From: Raillietiella orientalis
Lineage: Eukaryota
NCBI GenBank assembly: GCA_036172245.1
Contig: JAYWIR010000026.1
Span: 992,001 to 1,056,000 of the forward strand
Direction: 5' to 3'
Length of the DNA: 64,000 bases
This document shows, one piece after another, positions 1-10,916 of the stretch. The number at the start of each line of letters is the position of its first letter. Position 1 is the first letter of the stretch. The notes below the pieces were generated by a model. The model had not been told where the DNA came from. It searched no databases and was given only the letters and a program-made list of their open reading frames with translations. The position numbers and the translations under genes were made by a program.

Positions 1-141
1 CACATACCAGTAGATTCTCATTACTATGATAGGCAGTATTCAGCACAACAGACTGAATGGGGTTCAAGTACTTGCAGCCACGAAACAACAATTGTCCAAG
101 CTAACTAGATGATAATAAATGCAAGTTGAATGCATACTCAC

Positions 142-1735
142 ATCATCCAACTGATCAATTGCAATTCTTTTCTGATTATGTAATGGGGAAGTAGTTGTAG
201 CAGGAATGAAAATTTCCTCATAATTTGCTTCATTGGTGCATTTGTAATCAGAAGGCAATGACATTTTGCAGCCAGAAATATAAGCTGTGACATCAATAAA
301 AAACATGGATTAATTCACCAATCATTCACCTGCTGTATTTTTAGTTTCTTGGGAAGAATCAAATACAAAAGGATAATTTACTTGTGATGAAGAACTGTGG
401 AAAAGTGGTTGTGATGAGGAACCATGGAAAAGTGGTCGCACTGAAGCAGCTAACAGTGCATTTTCTCTACAAAAAGCACTGCATACACTAAGTGCAAATA
501 CACCTTACCTTTCTTTCTGAAGCTCCTGCCAGGTTTCATTATCTTTTCCGCTGGACTTGTTCATGAATTTTTTTTCTTCTTTACGAATCATTTTTCTCAA
601 CTGCTTTTCCTGTTCTGACTCTACTAATACCATTCCTTGACAAACTGGCTGCTTGAAACGTTCCTCTTTCCTGTATGTGGAATAAATACTCGAATCTGCT
701 TTACGATTACCACATCTATTTGAGCTTCCATGACAGAGTTCTAGACGATGTGCAAGGATCTGACTAATTAAATCTAGTTGATTAAAACCTAACAGTTCAC
801 AAAGCTTTCACAAGAGATAAATCAACTCTCAAGGTTTACAACACACCTCATTTTCTAATTCCAAATTGCTTTTAGAAGTCATTAATAAGGTTATCACTGA
901 AGCAGCCATTTCAGAGACTGTGACATTAACATCAGGGCACAACTTCTCTTTTAACCACTGCAAATCAAACTTGACTCTGTTTGCTGCTATTTGAGGTGGC
1001 TTAGTAGAAGCTTTCACAACAGACATAAAACTTTCTCTTGTCAACAGGCTATCTAGAGGTTCGTTGAAGCTAAGTTTGAAGAGTTTATCTACTTCAAGAT
1101 CTTTCAGTGGATCCGAACATGAGAATCTGATGTTAGTTCCGAATGCTTTTGTCAACAGTTTCCATGCATCTGAGGTGTCATTAGTGAAGATCAATTCCTG
1201 ATGAAAATTTTGCAACAATGCCTTAACAATCTGAAATACTTCTAGTGACATAATTAAAACAAGGTAAAACAAACTTTAGAGGCATCGTCAAATAAACGCC
1301 TATCAATAATTCCAAATAAATTACGCAGCTTAATGAAATCTTGGGTGTCAAGAGAATCTTTATTCAACAAGATGTTGAATAAATAGCATATTACATCTTG
1401 AATAATTTCAATTTTTTCTTCTGCACACATCGTACTGCGTATAATTTTAATCAAATTTGCCAGTTCTTTTTGCAAATTTTCATCCGGGGACTTCACTAAC
1501 GTTTGCAACTTATTCCAAGTAATGTGAACATTCCTAATAATAGAATCAACAAATCAATAAGCCTGCAGGTTAATATTGAAGGAGTCCGAAACCTTTTATG
1601 CCTTTCAAACTGTTCTATGTACTTCTCATTTAGATTGAAAGATTCACATGTTGTCTCTGCAGTACTTAGAGATGTATGTGCAATAAATGCTCCTGATAAT
1701 CGTGGAACATCCAATTGATTGATAAAATTTTCCAT
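142..1735 (-). CDS. ASCC3: ASCC3-like Ski2-family helicase, N-terminal six exons (1735-1593, 1533-1275, 1230-847, 804-509, 466-330, 284-142); gene continues past the left edge
   Basis: Spliced translation gives DVPRLSGAF..ITWNKL..LELENE|LCELLGFNQLDLISQIL..VESEQEKQLRKMIRKEEKK..RENALLAA..YPFVFDSSQETKNTAAYISGCKMSLP..YEEIFIP..IAIDQLDD, matching in order the ASCC3 N-terminus as I recall it (PRLTGA..LQDELFELLG..QSEQEKQLMK..YPHVYDS..AFIAGAKMILP..YEEVRIP). Five GT-AG introns (59, 44, 42, 42, 45 nt) all keep frame; GTGAGT donor at 141. The helicase core is outside the window. Confidence 0.88.
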
Positions 1736-3094
1736 TTAAATATGCTATTGCTTAAATATACTGGTAAAAATACGATTGCAACATTCATAGGTTCAACTCA
1801 CAAGCTTCGCATTTATGAAAAGAGCACGGAATGTATAGAGCCGTACGCTTCAAGTTTTCCTCTTTCAGACTATTTTGAACTGTCTTTTAACAAGTGTTAC
1901 CAAGTTCATGACAAAACAACCAACCAACCATTATAAAATCATAAAATTATTTTATGATTTCCCAATATATATTATCAAATCATCATGAAAAACAACGCTC
2001 AATTTAATAATTGGAAAATATAAGCATATAAATATTAAGTAATAAGTTAACAAACGGGCAGAGCAAAGAATACATTCACATCGGAACATATTATCAAGCA
2101 CTATATGTTCCTTATCGGCAAAACATTAATTCGTAACGTTTGAAGGTTTTCAAATTTTTTCTAATATTACTCCTAATTTTTTTGATTTTCTTTTATGATT
2201 CCTTCTTTTCCTCAGATAAATAGCATCCCGGAAAAAAACGATCAACTAATAAGTAAAAGCTTTAATTTGTTGCTTATTCAAAATAACCTAAAATGTTCCA
2301 GTGTGAGCTAATGAATTCGTCAGCCACCTTTTGGTCTAAAACAACTTCACATTCTGTTTAGTTCTGTTGGGCATGACTGTATTGCATGTAATTCAAATTT
2401 GCATGCAGACGTAACATGTATAAAAACTTTCGAATCTTTTGCAAAAGGGTTGCATAACCAGTTCAGAAAAATGTTGCAGAAGTTCTTGGGATACATTGTT
2501 TTAGATCTTTGAAGAGATGCAATTACCCTCACATTTCAACTTACATGAATCCGTCTAAGGAATCATTTGTAGACAACTTTTTACTCTTCCATATCTGAAA
2601 TAAGGTAATGAGCAACGAAAGAAAATATATCACCAAAAGTTATTGTTACTAATAAACGAAAGACAATCTTACGATATTCATTTTAAATTCCATGCGACCT
2701 GGTCAGAAAAGAAATGAAGAAATATACAATTCCAATGAATTGGATCAAATGGAAGATAATCGCAGGATCTTTGTTATGAGAAAGCAAAATCAGAAATTTC
2801 GATGAAATAACAGCAGAAACTACTAAAAAGACACAGGACATTCCAATGAACTGGAAGAATTAGTTAAAGACATCGATTTAAGCTGCACTTTTCTTTTACG
2901 GTCACAAGTTACAAACACGTTGCCCAAAAGACATTTACAGTAAATCATAAGAGATAAAAATCTTAATTTTAATCGGATCCTTTCTCAAAATAAAAGAAAC
3001 TAAAGCTTGTTCCTGTTTTGGACTAATTTGAAATGCATATTGAAAATGTCAAACGTGTCAACTTCAAGTTTCCTACAAGTCTACTCAAGTCCCC

Positions 3095-3508
3095 ATTACA
3101 AAGTGTCGTATGACATGCGCTTGTTATAAGAGGGGATCACGTTTTGCCCTCTACCACCGAGTGCCAGTGTGGAGGAAGTGGAGGTACCCTTCTGAGCAAG
3201 CGGACAGCGAGGCAGCGGAGTGGAAACGTGACAGCAGCAGTTGTCTGCCGATACGGAGATGATAGCATCAGCGTCAGCAACAACCTCTCCAGGCAGCCTA
3301 GGCGGAAGAGACGGCATCGTTCTCAAGGACGTCGTAAGCAGCGGTAACAGTTTTTCACCCGCTCACGCAGAGTCCTTTCTTTACAAGAAATAAAGGAAGA
3401 TGAGAGCGCAGTTCCCGAAACAGAATCAAGAAAGGGTGCGGGGTAGGGGGGAAGCGGTTCTTCGGGAGGATCCACCGACACGCAGGAGCAGATGCAGCAA
3501 CCGCCTAG
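3095..3508 (+). pseudogene. Possible degenerate ORF1-like remnant at the array edge
   Basis: GC-rich, Cys/Gly-rich start followed by basic and acidic low-complexity peptide with in-frame stops; no diagnostic motif. Confidence 0.25.
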
Positions 3509-5635
3509 GCGCACGGACGTGCTCTCTGAGCGCTGCTGAGTGAGTTAGAAACTTTAAGTGTTGTGTGGTGGAAGCGGAGATCCTCTGGCAGCGATGCCTG
3601 AGGACACCGCGATGGAGTGCCAGGGGAGAGAACCCTCTTTCCCCCAGCAAATAGAGGTCAGAGCGTCCGCCTCGACCCAATCGTCCATCGCCCCAGGGAA
3701 GGTCTGGAAGGCCGTGGCTGCGGCCCTGTGGTGGGCAGCCATGGCTGAACACAAGGTCTACCTAGAGGTGGACTACAATCCAGTCCTCCTCTACAAGGTA
3801 GGCAATTTATATAATTCTGAGAGCGCGCGCACCTTCTCGAAGGCGATTCACGCTCAGGGTATCATGCAAGAGGAGCTTCTTGCAATGACCATTCGCAGCG
3901 GTGGTCAATACGTAAAGGCAAGCTTGGCGCAGCGACTTCTGCAGACCCCCGTTGCAATGGGAAACAGTAGGCTTCTCCCCATTACGATGGACCACTCGGT
4001 GGTGGTCTATCTTCTCGGAATAACGAGGCGGACGGCCAAAGAGGCTGTCCACACCGAATTATCCAAATACAGAACGGTTCACGCGCTGTGGCAGAAACCT
4101 TCTCCCTTCGTGGAGCACAGCGGACCCTCAGGAGGCCTAGCTGAGTCCGTCCCGATAACCGTCCACGAGGGCATAGGGTTGCCGCACGAATTACATGCCA
4201 CCGGGGAACCGGTCGACGTGTGGTACGTTGGGAAACCCAAGTACCGCAGACACTTCCACACTGAGGGACATCCAAAAAAAAAAAGTTCCCCCTAAATCAA
4301 GTGTGAGGTGCGCGCAGCAATGGGACACACACCGAAAGTGTGCCCCCAAACCCTCGCCCGCGTCGCGGCTGCGAAAGGCAGGAAGAAGCGCGAGGCGAGA
4401 AAAGCCAAACTCGCCGCGAAAAACGCGGAAAAAAGCATCGCAGAGAACGTTTCCCCAGCAACACCAGATGGGGCTACCTCAGACATCCCAGCGGAGCAAG
4501 CTGAAAACGTCGAGGAGGACGGCCAGGAGCCCGGATGGAAGCTGGCAAGAAACAAGAAAAAGCAAAAGAAGGAGAAAAAAGAAACAGGTCAAGCACAACT
4601 CTGCGAAGATAAGCCGAGGAGCGACACAATTAAAAACTGCCGTGTCATCCTTGAACGCGTCCCTGCGAACGAGGAAGCTCTGCCGCCGCCAGAGTGAAAC
4701 CTCGCGAGCAAAAGGAAGAGGGGAGCGAGGCGGTGGCGTCCGTCGCCGTTGTCGACGACGCAGATTACGCACGGGCGGCTGAGGAACTCGAAGTCACCCT
4801 GCGGGAAAATCAGAAGGCGACGAAGAAGGCCCTCCGGCGTCCCACATCCGCTAAACAATCCGAACCTTCGGATTAGGAAACGGAAGTGGGAAAGTCGTCT
4901 TTCATCCTGGCACCCTCGCGCAAGTCTGGGCGCAAGTCTAAGACCCTGAGAAGGCACATCTTCTCTGCCGACATGGAAGAGATGGCCTCCGACAGCGAGA
5001 GCGTAATGGGCTTCAGAACACGGGAATCCTCGCCAGAGAATATCCCACGTTGCGACGCCCAGGAAGGGATGGACGCGTTGGAGACGGTCCCAGAGCCAGA
5101 AGCGACCGTCCCTTCTGATAGTTTCCCGTCCACTGAAGTGGCAAGAGCCGCATTAGCGCTTTCCCAGCTTTGATGCTGAAAATTGCTCATGGCCTGTTGG
5201 GACATCAACGGGCTGCGCGACACGGCAGGGGACGAAACCCTGTGATCCTTCGATCTCGTACTCCCGCGAGAGATCCACGTGATCTCTGCAGAGCAGGCAC
5301 GGGAAATCGAGCGGGTAGCAGGTGGCCAGCTGTCGTGCCAATGCGGCTCTCGCCTGTCTATCGAAGTCGCCTTCCTCCTTCAGCCAGACATCGCGAGGGT
5401 TGCAAAGGGCGTGCTTCGACCAGGAAGGTCCTGTCGGCCAACTGACTCTCAGATGGTCTGACTCGATTGACCTCGTGGTCACCAATGTGTACGCCCCAAG
5501 CGGCTCAAGCAGAGCACGGGAACAAAGGACGTTCTTCGAAATCCTGAAACGCGATTGGCTAATGGTAGGAGGCGCGCAATAGGCGCATCTGATTGGCGGC
5601 GACTTCAATCTCCACTTCCATCCTCTGCTTGCTGA
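3509..5635 (+). mobile_element. Copy F (lineage 2): 5' end, frameshifted ORF1 and endonuclease up to GDFN
   Basis: GCACGGACGTG at 3511; MPEDTAM..YKVGNLY..WYVGKP; AAEELEV; TGATG at 5171; NVYAP; GGDFN at ~5595-5609. Confidence 0.85.
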
Positions 5636-5713
5636 GAGACGAACGTGAATTCGATTCGCTCCGTTTAGCCGCTGTTTGGTTGTGCTTGTGCGTACCACTG
5701 CCTAGTCCTGAGG

Positions 5714-6850
5714 ATGAGCAGTGTACAAGGCAACGTGGAAGTCGTCGAGCCATTGGCTCAGAAACTTCATGCAGCTGGCACGATGTCGGCAACTTCTGCG
5801 AGCCGAGCGCCACCGGCCAGGAGCTTCGCGGACGTGGCTGCATCTGCAGCCGTACAAGGGCGCCTCCCGGACCAGGCGGAGTTGCAGGCGTATGTAGCCC
5901 AGGGCTACAATCCTGCACTACGCTATAATGTAAGTGGGGTAGGATTAGCTGGGGAGGAGTTCGCGGACGAACTTTTCCGTGTGGGAGTGAGAGAGGAGGA
6001 CCTGTTAGCCCTCATGCCAGTTCCTGCATTGGGCCATGTGAAGGTCCGCTGTAAGCAGGCTGCCCTTGTGCAGCGGCTCCTCCGCACTCCCCTGTCCATC
6101 CTCGGGAAAAAAGTTTTTTCCACCGCGATGGACGAATCTTTTGTCGTTGTTCTTTCGGACGTCGAACCCGAGATCAACGACAGAAATCTGATTGACGCGT
6201 TGGCGAAATTCGCCACGGTTCTCGCGATGTGGAGGAAGGGAAGTACTTATAAGAAGTTTTCTTCCCTCCACACAGGATTTGCTGCGGTCAGGATAACCGC
6301 AACTAATCGCCGCACGCTGCCAGCAACGCTGCAGGTCAACGACACGGTCGTTCACCTGTGGTTCGTAGGCAAAGATCGCGCGTGCGAGCAATGTGGCAAG
6401 GAAGGGCATCGGAGGAAAGAATGCCCTTCCCGGAAGTGCCGCTATTTCAAGGAGTCCGTGCACGAAATCAGGAAGTGCCCGGACATTAAGAAAAAAAAGG
6501 AAGCTGCTAGACTCCGGAGCGTTAAAGAGTGCGCAGAGGAGAAAATAGCCTCTAAAAAGAAAGGCGCCTCGCGAAATCCCGCAAAAAAACAGAGCGGCAT
6601 CGTGGTCTCCCAGTCGGTTTCCTCTGCGTCAAACCCCCGAAAGGGCAATCACGCTGCAGGGAAGCTAATTAAGAAAGGGCGCGGGGGCTCCGCGCCAGCC
6701 GACACTGCTCCCGCTGCCCAAAGCGTAAATTCCGCTGTGGGAATGGGGTCAGGAAAGGCCGATCAACTGATCCAAAGCGTGAAAGTGGGTCAAGGGGTTC
6801 GCGATAACCTGCATCCACTATTCCGTTTTGCATTGCGGTGGCCTCAATGA
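5714..6850 (+). CDS. ORF1 (gag-like nucleic-acid-binding protein) of copy B, frameshifted at the C-terminus
   Basis: CX2CX4HX4C knuckle plus a degenerate second knuckle and a basic tail; homologous to 19037-20980. Confidence 0.8.
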   Translation: MSSVQGNVEVVEPLAQKLHAAGTMSATSASRAPPARSFADVAASAAVQGRLPDQAELQAYVAQGYNPALRYNVSGVGLAGEEFADELFRVGVREEDLLALMPVPALGHVKVRCKQAALVQRLLRTPLSILGKKVFSTAMDESFVVVLSDVEPEINDRNLIDALAKFATVLAMWRKGSTYKKFSSLHTGFAAVRITATNRRTLPATLQVNDTVVHLWFVGKDRACEQCGKEGHRRKECPSRKCRYFKESVHEIRKCPDIKKKKEAARLRSVKECAEEKIASKKKGASRNPAKKQSGIVVSQSVSSASNPRKGNHAAGKLIKKGRGGSAPADTAPAAQSVNSAVGMGSGKADQLIQSVKVGQGVRDNLHPLFRFALRWPQ

Positions 6851-7099
6851 CCGTTTCTCCGAAAAAGGCTGGATGCCTAGCGGCAAAAGCCGCGAAAAGC
6901 GGCGGCGCGTTGCTCGAAGACACCCCGCACCCGGAAGCATCCTCCCCAACGCGGCATTTTTCCCCAAGTCCCACGAGGGGTGGAGTAAATTTATTTTTCA
7001 AAAATTTTTCTATAAAAACATTCACACTACAATCTCATCCATACCATTAGCACTTTTTTTTACCACTATGAAGTCCTTGGGTTCTCACAAGTTCTGCAC

Positions 7100-9031
7100 T
7101 CATGGTGGGTTTCCTGCTGTTTGGTCCCGGGAGTCGTCTTCTATCCTCTTCAGGATGAATCGGTACGTCCAGGCTTGGATTTTCCCACAGTTTCTAATGC
7201 CGATTTCCCTCTTCAGGAGCCCTTGTAGGGTCTCCATCGGTGGTGCGGCTCTTCTGGCTTTCCTCATTTTCCACCACCGCACAAGTATGGCGGTGATGAA
7301 GAGGGCGATGGTCGTCCTCACCATGGGATTGTAACAGGGAACATTACCATCCCCTTGAAACATCCCGGCGAGGATCTCGTGGTCGATGGAGTCAAAAGCC
7401 TTCTCCATGTCAGTGAACAAAAGCACCAGGTTCTCGCCGACGTATCCACTGAGTCCAACAGTGGCCTGGGCACACTTGACATTCTCCGACATGTGTCGTC
7501 CTGGGACTGCACATGTCTGGACCGGAGAGATCAGCCTCGACATGACCTTGCCTAAGCGGTTGGACCAGATCTTCGCCAACCACTTGGCATCGGAGCTTAG
7601 GATCGAGATTGGCCTCCATTGGGCGATCTGGGTAGAGTCGCCTCCTTTCGGCAGCAATCTCATCCGACTCTCGTAGAAGGACTAAGGTAGTCTGCCTTCT
7701 TCCTGGATGCAGAGGGTCAACTGGTGGAACAAGCGCAGGTAGGCGTGCAGGTACCGCTGATAGTGCGTGATGGGTACACTGTCAGGGCCCGCTGCCACGT
7801 CCTTGCGAAGTTGCCCAAACGCAGTCTTCAACTCTTCTTCGGAGAACTCCTCCTCCAGTCTGTTCCGCTCAAGGTCGTCGGTCCTCTTCTCGAGATAGCT
7901 CAAGAAGGCCTGTTGACTAGAGCGACACAGATGTTGTCGCCTGAAGTGTTTCATGTGATGCCTGTGAAAGGCATCCACGATGTCCTCAGACGACTGTCGC
8001 TTTTGGCCGTCGTACTGGATGCAGAAGATATCTGTTGCCAGATTTCTCTTCTCTAGCACGCCGACTTCCCCTTTTATGTTATTGAGGACGTACCGACTCT
8101 CGTACTGATCGAAGTACTTTGAGAGGGAGCGATCTTGGATGTTCAGCTCCCGGTACGCCTCTTGCCTCAAGCGCCTATCCCCGAACTGCATGTTCGCAAA
8201 CAGGTGTATCCTGTGTTTCAGGCTGTCCCAGTCGGCGACTCTTCGGATTGTTGTTGCCCTCAGAATCGCCTCCAGGACAGCCTGATGTCCAGGATGTGTC
8301 TCGAACCAGTCGGGCATGCTGATGAGCGCCGCCCTGGTGCCTTGCCTCCGCCGAGGATTCTCCGTTCTTAGGGAAAACCGCACCAGGGGGTGATCGGACA
8401 CCGTAGTCATAGTGTCGCGAAACCCCTGGATGCGGTTCCCAAGTTCGGTGCTGTGCAGGACGTGATCGATTGGCTTGTGGCTTGCTGTTCGCCAGACCAG
8501 TCCGAACTCCTCGGATAGCCGTCGATACGCCGTCCTTCCTCTGGCGTCTTCCGAATGAATGATCTCATCCAAAATGTTGAGATCGCCAGCAACAATCACG
8601 ACGTCCTTGGGGGCGACCTTTTGCCGGAGTGTTGCATGCAGCGCCTCCGCACAACGATGTTTTAGCCTGTGCGGCCCGTACACGTTCACCAGGATAAGGT
8701 GAACAGTTGCGGACCAGGCTAGTCGCACGCCGATGATTCGTCCGGGTTGTGGACAGAACACTTCCAGAATAGTGGGGGCTAAGTGGTTCTTTATTAGCAC
8801 CGCCACACCCTTCGTGTTCCGTTCTCCTTCGCTGACGAACATCTGCCCGTTGAATCGCCGTTCCATTCGCTGGCTGATCTCGAGACCCATCCTGTGGGTC
8901 TCCTGCAGGCACACGATGTCTTGTTGTGCGATGGTCCGCACAATCCTTCTTCTTTTTCCCTGGTCGACCACACCGTTTACGTTCCAGGAGGCGATGTTCA
9001 GCCTCCTGGCAGTCGATAGGGAAGAGGTCAT
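7100..9031 (-). pseudogene. ORF2 of copy X (APE + partial RT, internal stop at 7682, deleted)
   Basis: APE motifs, AAGPDS, WRPISILSSDAK, DMEKAFD; YADD region missing. Confidence 0.85.
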
Positions 9032-9632
9032 AAAAGGGGAAGACCTATTTCTTGGCCTTCCTGAGCTTCTTCTGTCTGGGAGAGCGTGCTCTTCCAGACG
9101 TCGAAGAAGCAGCGGGCTTCTCGCTGCCGGCGTCACTCTCCGTACCTGTGAGGTCGGTAATTTCCGCCTCCTCCGTAGAGTGTTCCGCCTGCGCGATCAA
9201 TTTTCGAGATAGCGCCTCTATCTCGACCTTGGCGCAGAAGTTCGCCTTCACGTCGGGAAGCTGTTCCTCTAACTTCTCGCGTTCAGCGACCTCCACCACC
9301 TGGTTGATGTTCTCTTGTGCAGTGCAGATCTTCTGCAAGATTTTCTCTTGCTGAGGACCGCTCTGCACCTCCATGATCTCCTCCGCCAGTGTTGCCAACT
9401 CCTCCGTGGTCTGCAGAGCCTCCTGCGACACTTTAGTGGCTTCCTGTCTCTCTTCCTTCGCGCCTTCCTGCGCTGCCTCCATCTTCTCGCCTTCCTGCTC
9501 TGCTGCTTCCAGGATTTGAGGAGTTCCTTGCTCCTTGACGAGCATCCTCCTCTTTTTCTTCTTTCCCACTTCTATGAAGCCGTCCGCCGACACCGGGACG
9601 GCTTCTTTCACCTTCTTCGGCCTTCCTGCCTT

Positions 9633-10916
9633 CTAAGGCTGTTCGGCCTCCTTGATGTTTCTCTCTCTCACGGGAGAGAGACCGCGAATCCTTCTGCAGT
9701 TTTCAAACTCCGGACAGCTCCATTTCGCATGTCCGTGTTTCTTGCAGAAGGAGCACACCTCCGGCTGCGGGCAGTTTCGAACTTGATATCCTACTTTGCC
9801 GCAGCGAAAGCGGCGGCAAGTTGGGCAAGCGCCGGCCCTGTGGCCGAAGTGCTTGCACCCGGTGCAGAATACCGGTTGTTGCCGGTAACGCACATTCACT
9901 CCCTGGGATTGTTCGTCAATAACGGCCAATCCAGGGATCACCGCTCCCTCCCTCAACTTCATCTTGGCGATCATGTCGCCAGAAAATTTGTTTCCAGAGA
10001 AGTTCTGGAAATCGAGGTCCAGAACTTCCCCAAACTGCTCCAAGTAATTCCACACCGCTAGTTGCGGTGTGAGGATGGAGATGCCGTTTAGAAAGACGGT
10101 TGTGTATGGCATCTCGCCAATACCACAAACCATCCGTCCTTGTATATTGATCCCCTTCTGGATCAATCGCTCTCTAATGTTTTCACAGTCTGTAAAGACT
10201 GTTAACCCGTTGTTCGATGGAATGATCGCCTGAATGCGATCAAAGTCTATGTCCGTCTTGTCGAGGGACAAATAGACCTCCCTGATTTTATTAAATTTTA
10301 TTAGCCCGGTCTTGAAGATAATGGGCTTCACGTTGGGGCCTATTTCGACTATTGGTCGGTCCACTTTTAGAACTTTTCCGCTAAGCGGCTTACCAAATTT
10401 CCTAGGTGGGTGGACACTCGCCTGTCCAGCCGCCACCGACGCATAAGAAAAGGGCTGCGACGCCGCAGCCGAACCAGATGGCGTCGCTCCCTGCACCGCG
10501 TGAACGCCCGCGGGTCCCGCCTGGGACGCCGCCGCCGCGGGCGCAAACCTCGACGTCACCGCCGCGGGCGGCACCCTCGGCATCGCCGCCGCAGGAGCGA
10601 CCTTCCCCGCCGCGAGCACGACCTCCGCCGTCGTCGCCGCGGGCACGACCCTTGGCATCGCCGCCGCCGGCGCAGCAAAGCCCGCCGCGGGCGCGATCCT
10701 CGGCATGCCTCTCGCAACCTCGCCGTTGCCGCACGTTACCTCCATGGCTTCCATGGGGGACGATGGCCTCACCACTCCTCCAACTCCAGATGCCTGCATC
10801 CTGGCAGCTGTTCCGGCTGCTCGGGACGACTGCAGGATTTCCACCGTGGAATTCTCGGCGCTGCTGCTGCTGATGATGATGGTCCCGGGTTGCACTCTTT
10901 CCACACTGGCGTTCAC
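9633..10916 (-). CDS. ORF1 of copy X (three CCHC knuckles, Ala/Pro repeats)
   Basis: CTGCKHFGHRAGAC, CGKVGYQVRNC, CSFCKKHGHAKWSC. Confidence 0.85.
   Translation of the reverse strand: MNASVERVQPGTIIISSSSAENSTVEILQSSRAAGTAARMQASGVGGVVRPSSPMEAMEVTCGNGEVARGMPRIAPAAGFAAPAAAMPRVVPAATTAEVVLAAGKVAPAAAMPRVPPAAVTSRFAPAAAASQAGPAGVHAVQGATPSGSAAASQPFSYASVAAGQASVHPPRKFGKPLSGKVLKVDRPIVEIGPNVKPIIFKTGLIKFNKIREVYLSLDKTDIDFDRIQAIIPSNNGLTVFTDCENIRERLIQKGINIQGRMVCGIGEMPYTTVFLNGISILTPQLAVWNYLEQFGEVLDLDFQNFSGNKFSGDMIAKMKLREGAVIPGLAVIDEQSQGVNVRYRQQPVFCTGCKHFGHRAGACPTCRRFRCGKVGYQVRNCPQPEVCSFCKKHGHAKWSCPEFENCRRIRGLSPVRERNIKEAEQP
10525..10715 (-). repeat. Degenerate GC-rich coding repeats in X ORF1 (MPRxxPAA units)
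   Basis: MPRIAPAA, MPRVVPAA, MPRVPPAA, SRFAPAAA. Confidence 0.6.

Noticed and set aside
1736..3094. Short ORFs 1715-1936 and 2347-2532 as genes
   Set aside because: No recognisable motif and no frame-consistent exon chain found; treated as intergenic or decayed sequence.
5614..5640. Reading 5614-5640 as B's own complete Inr-containing 5' end
   Set aside because: Not excluded, but the stretch translates as a plausible continuation of host F (FNLHFHPLLAE, compare E FNVGLKPHG), and other families begin only a few nt before the 7-mer.
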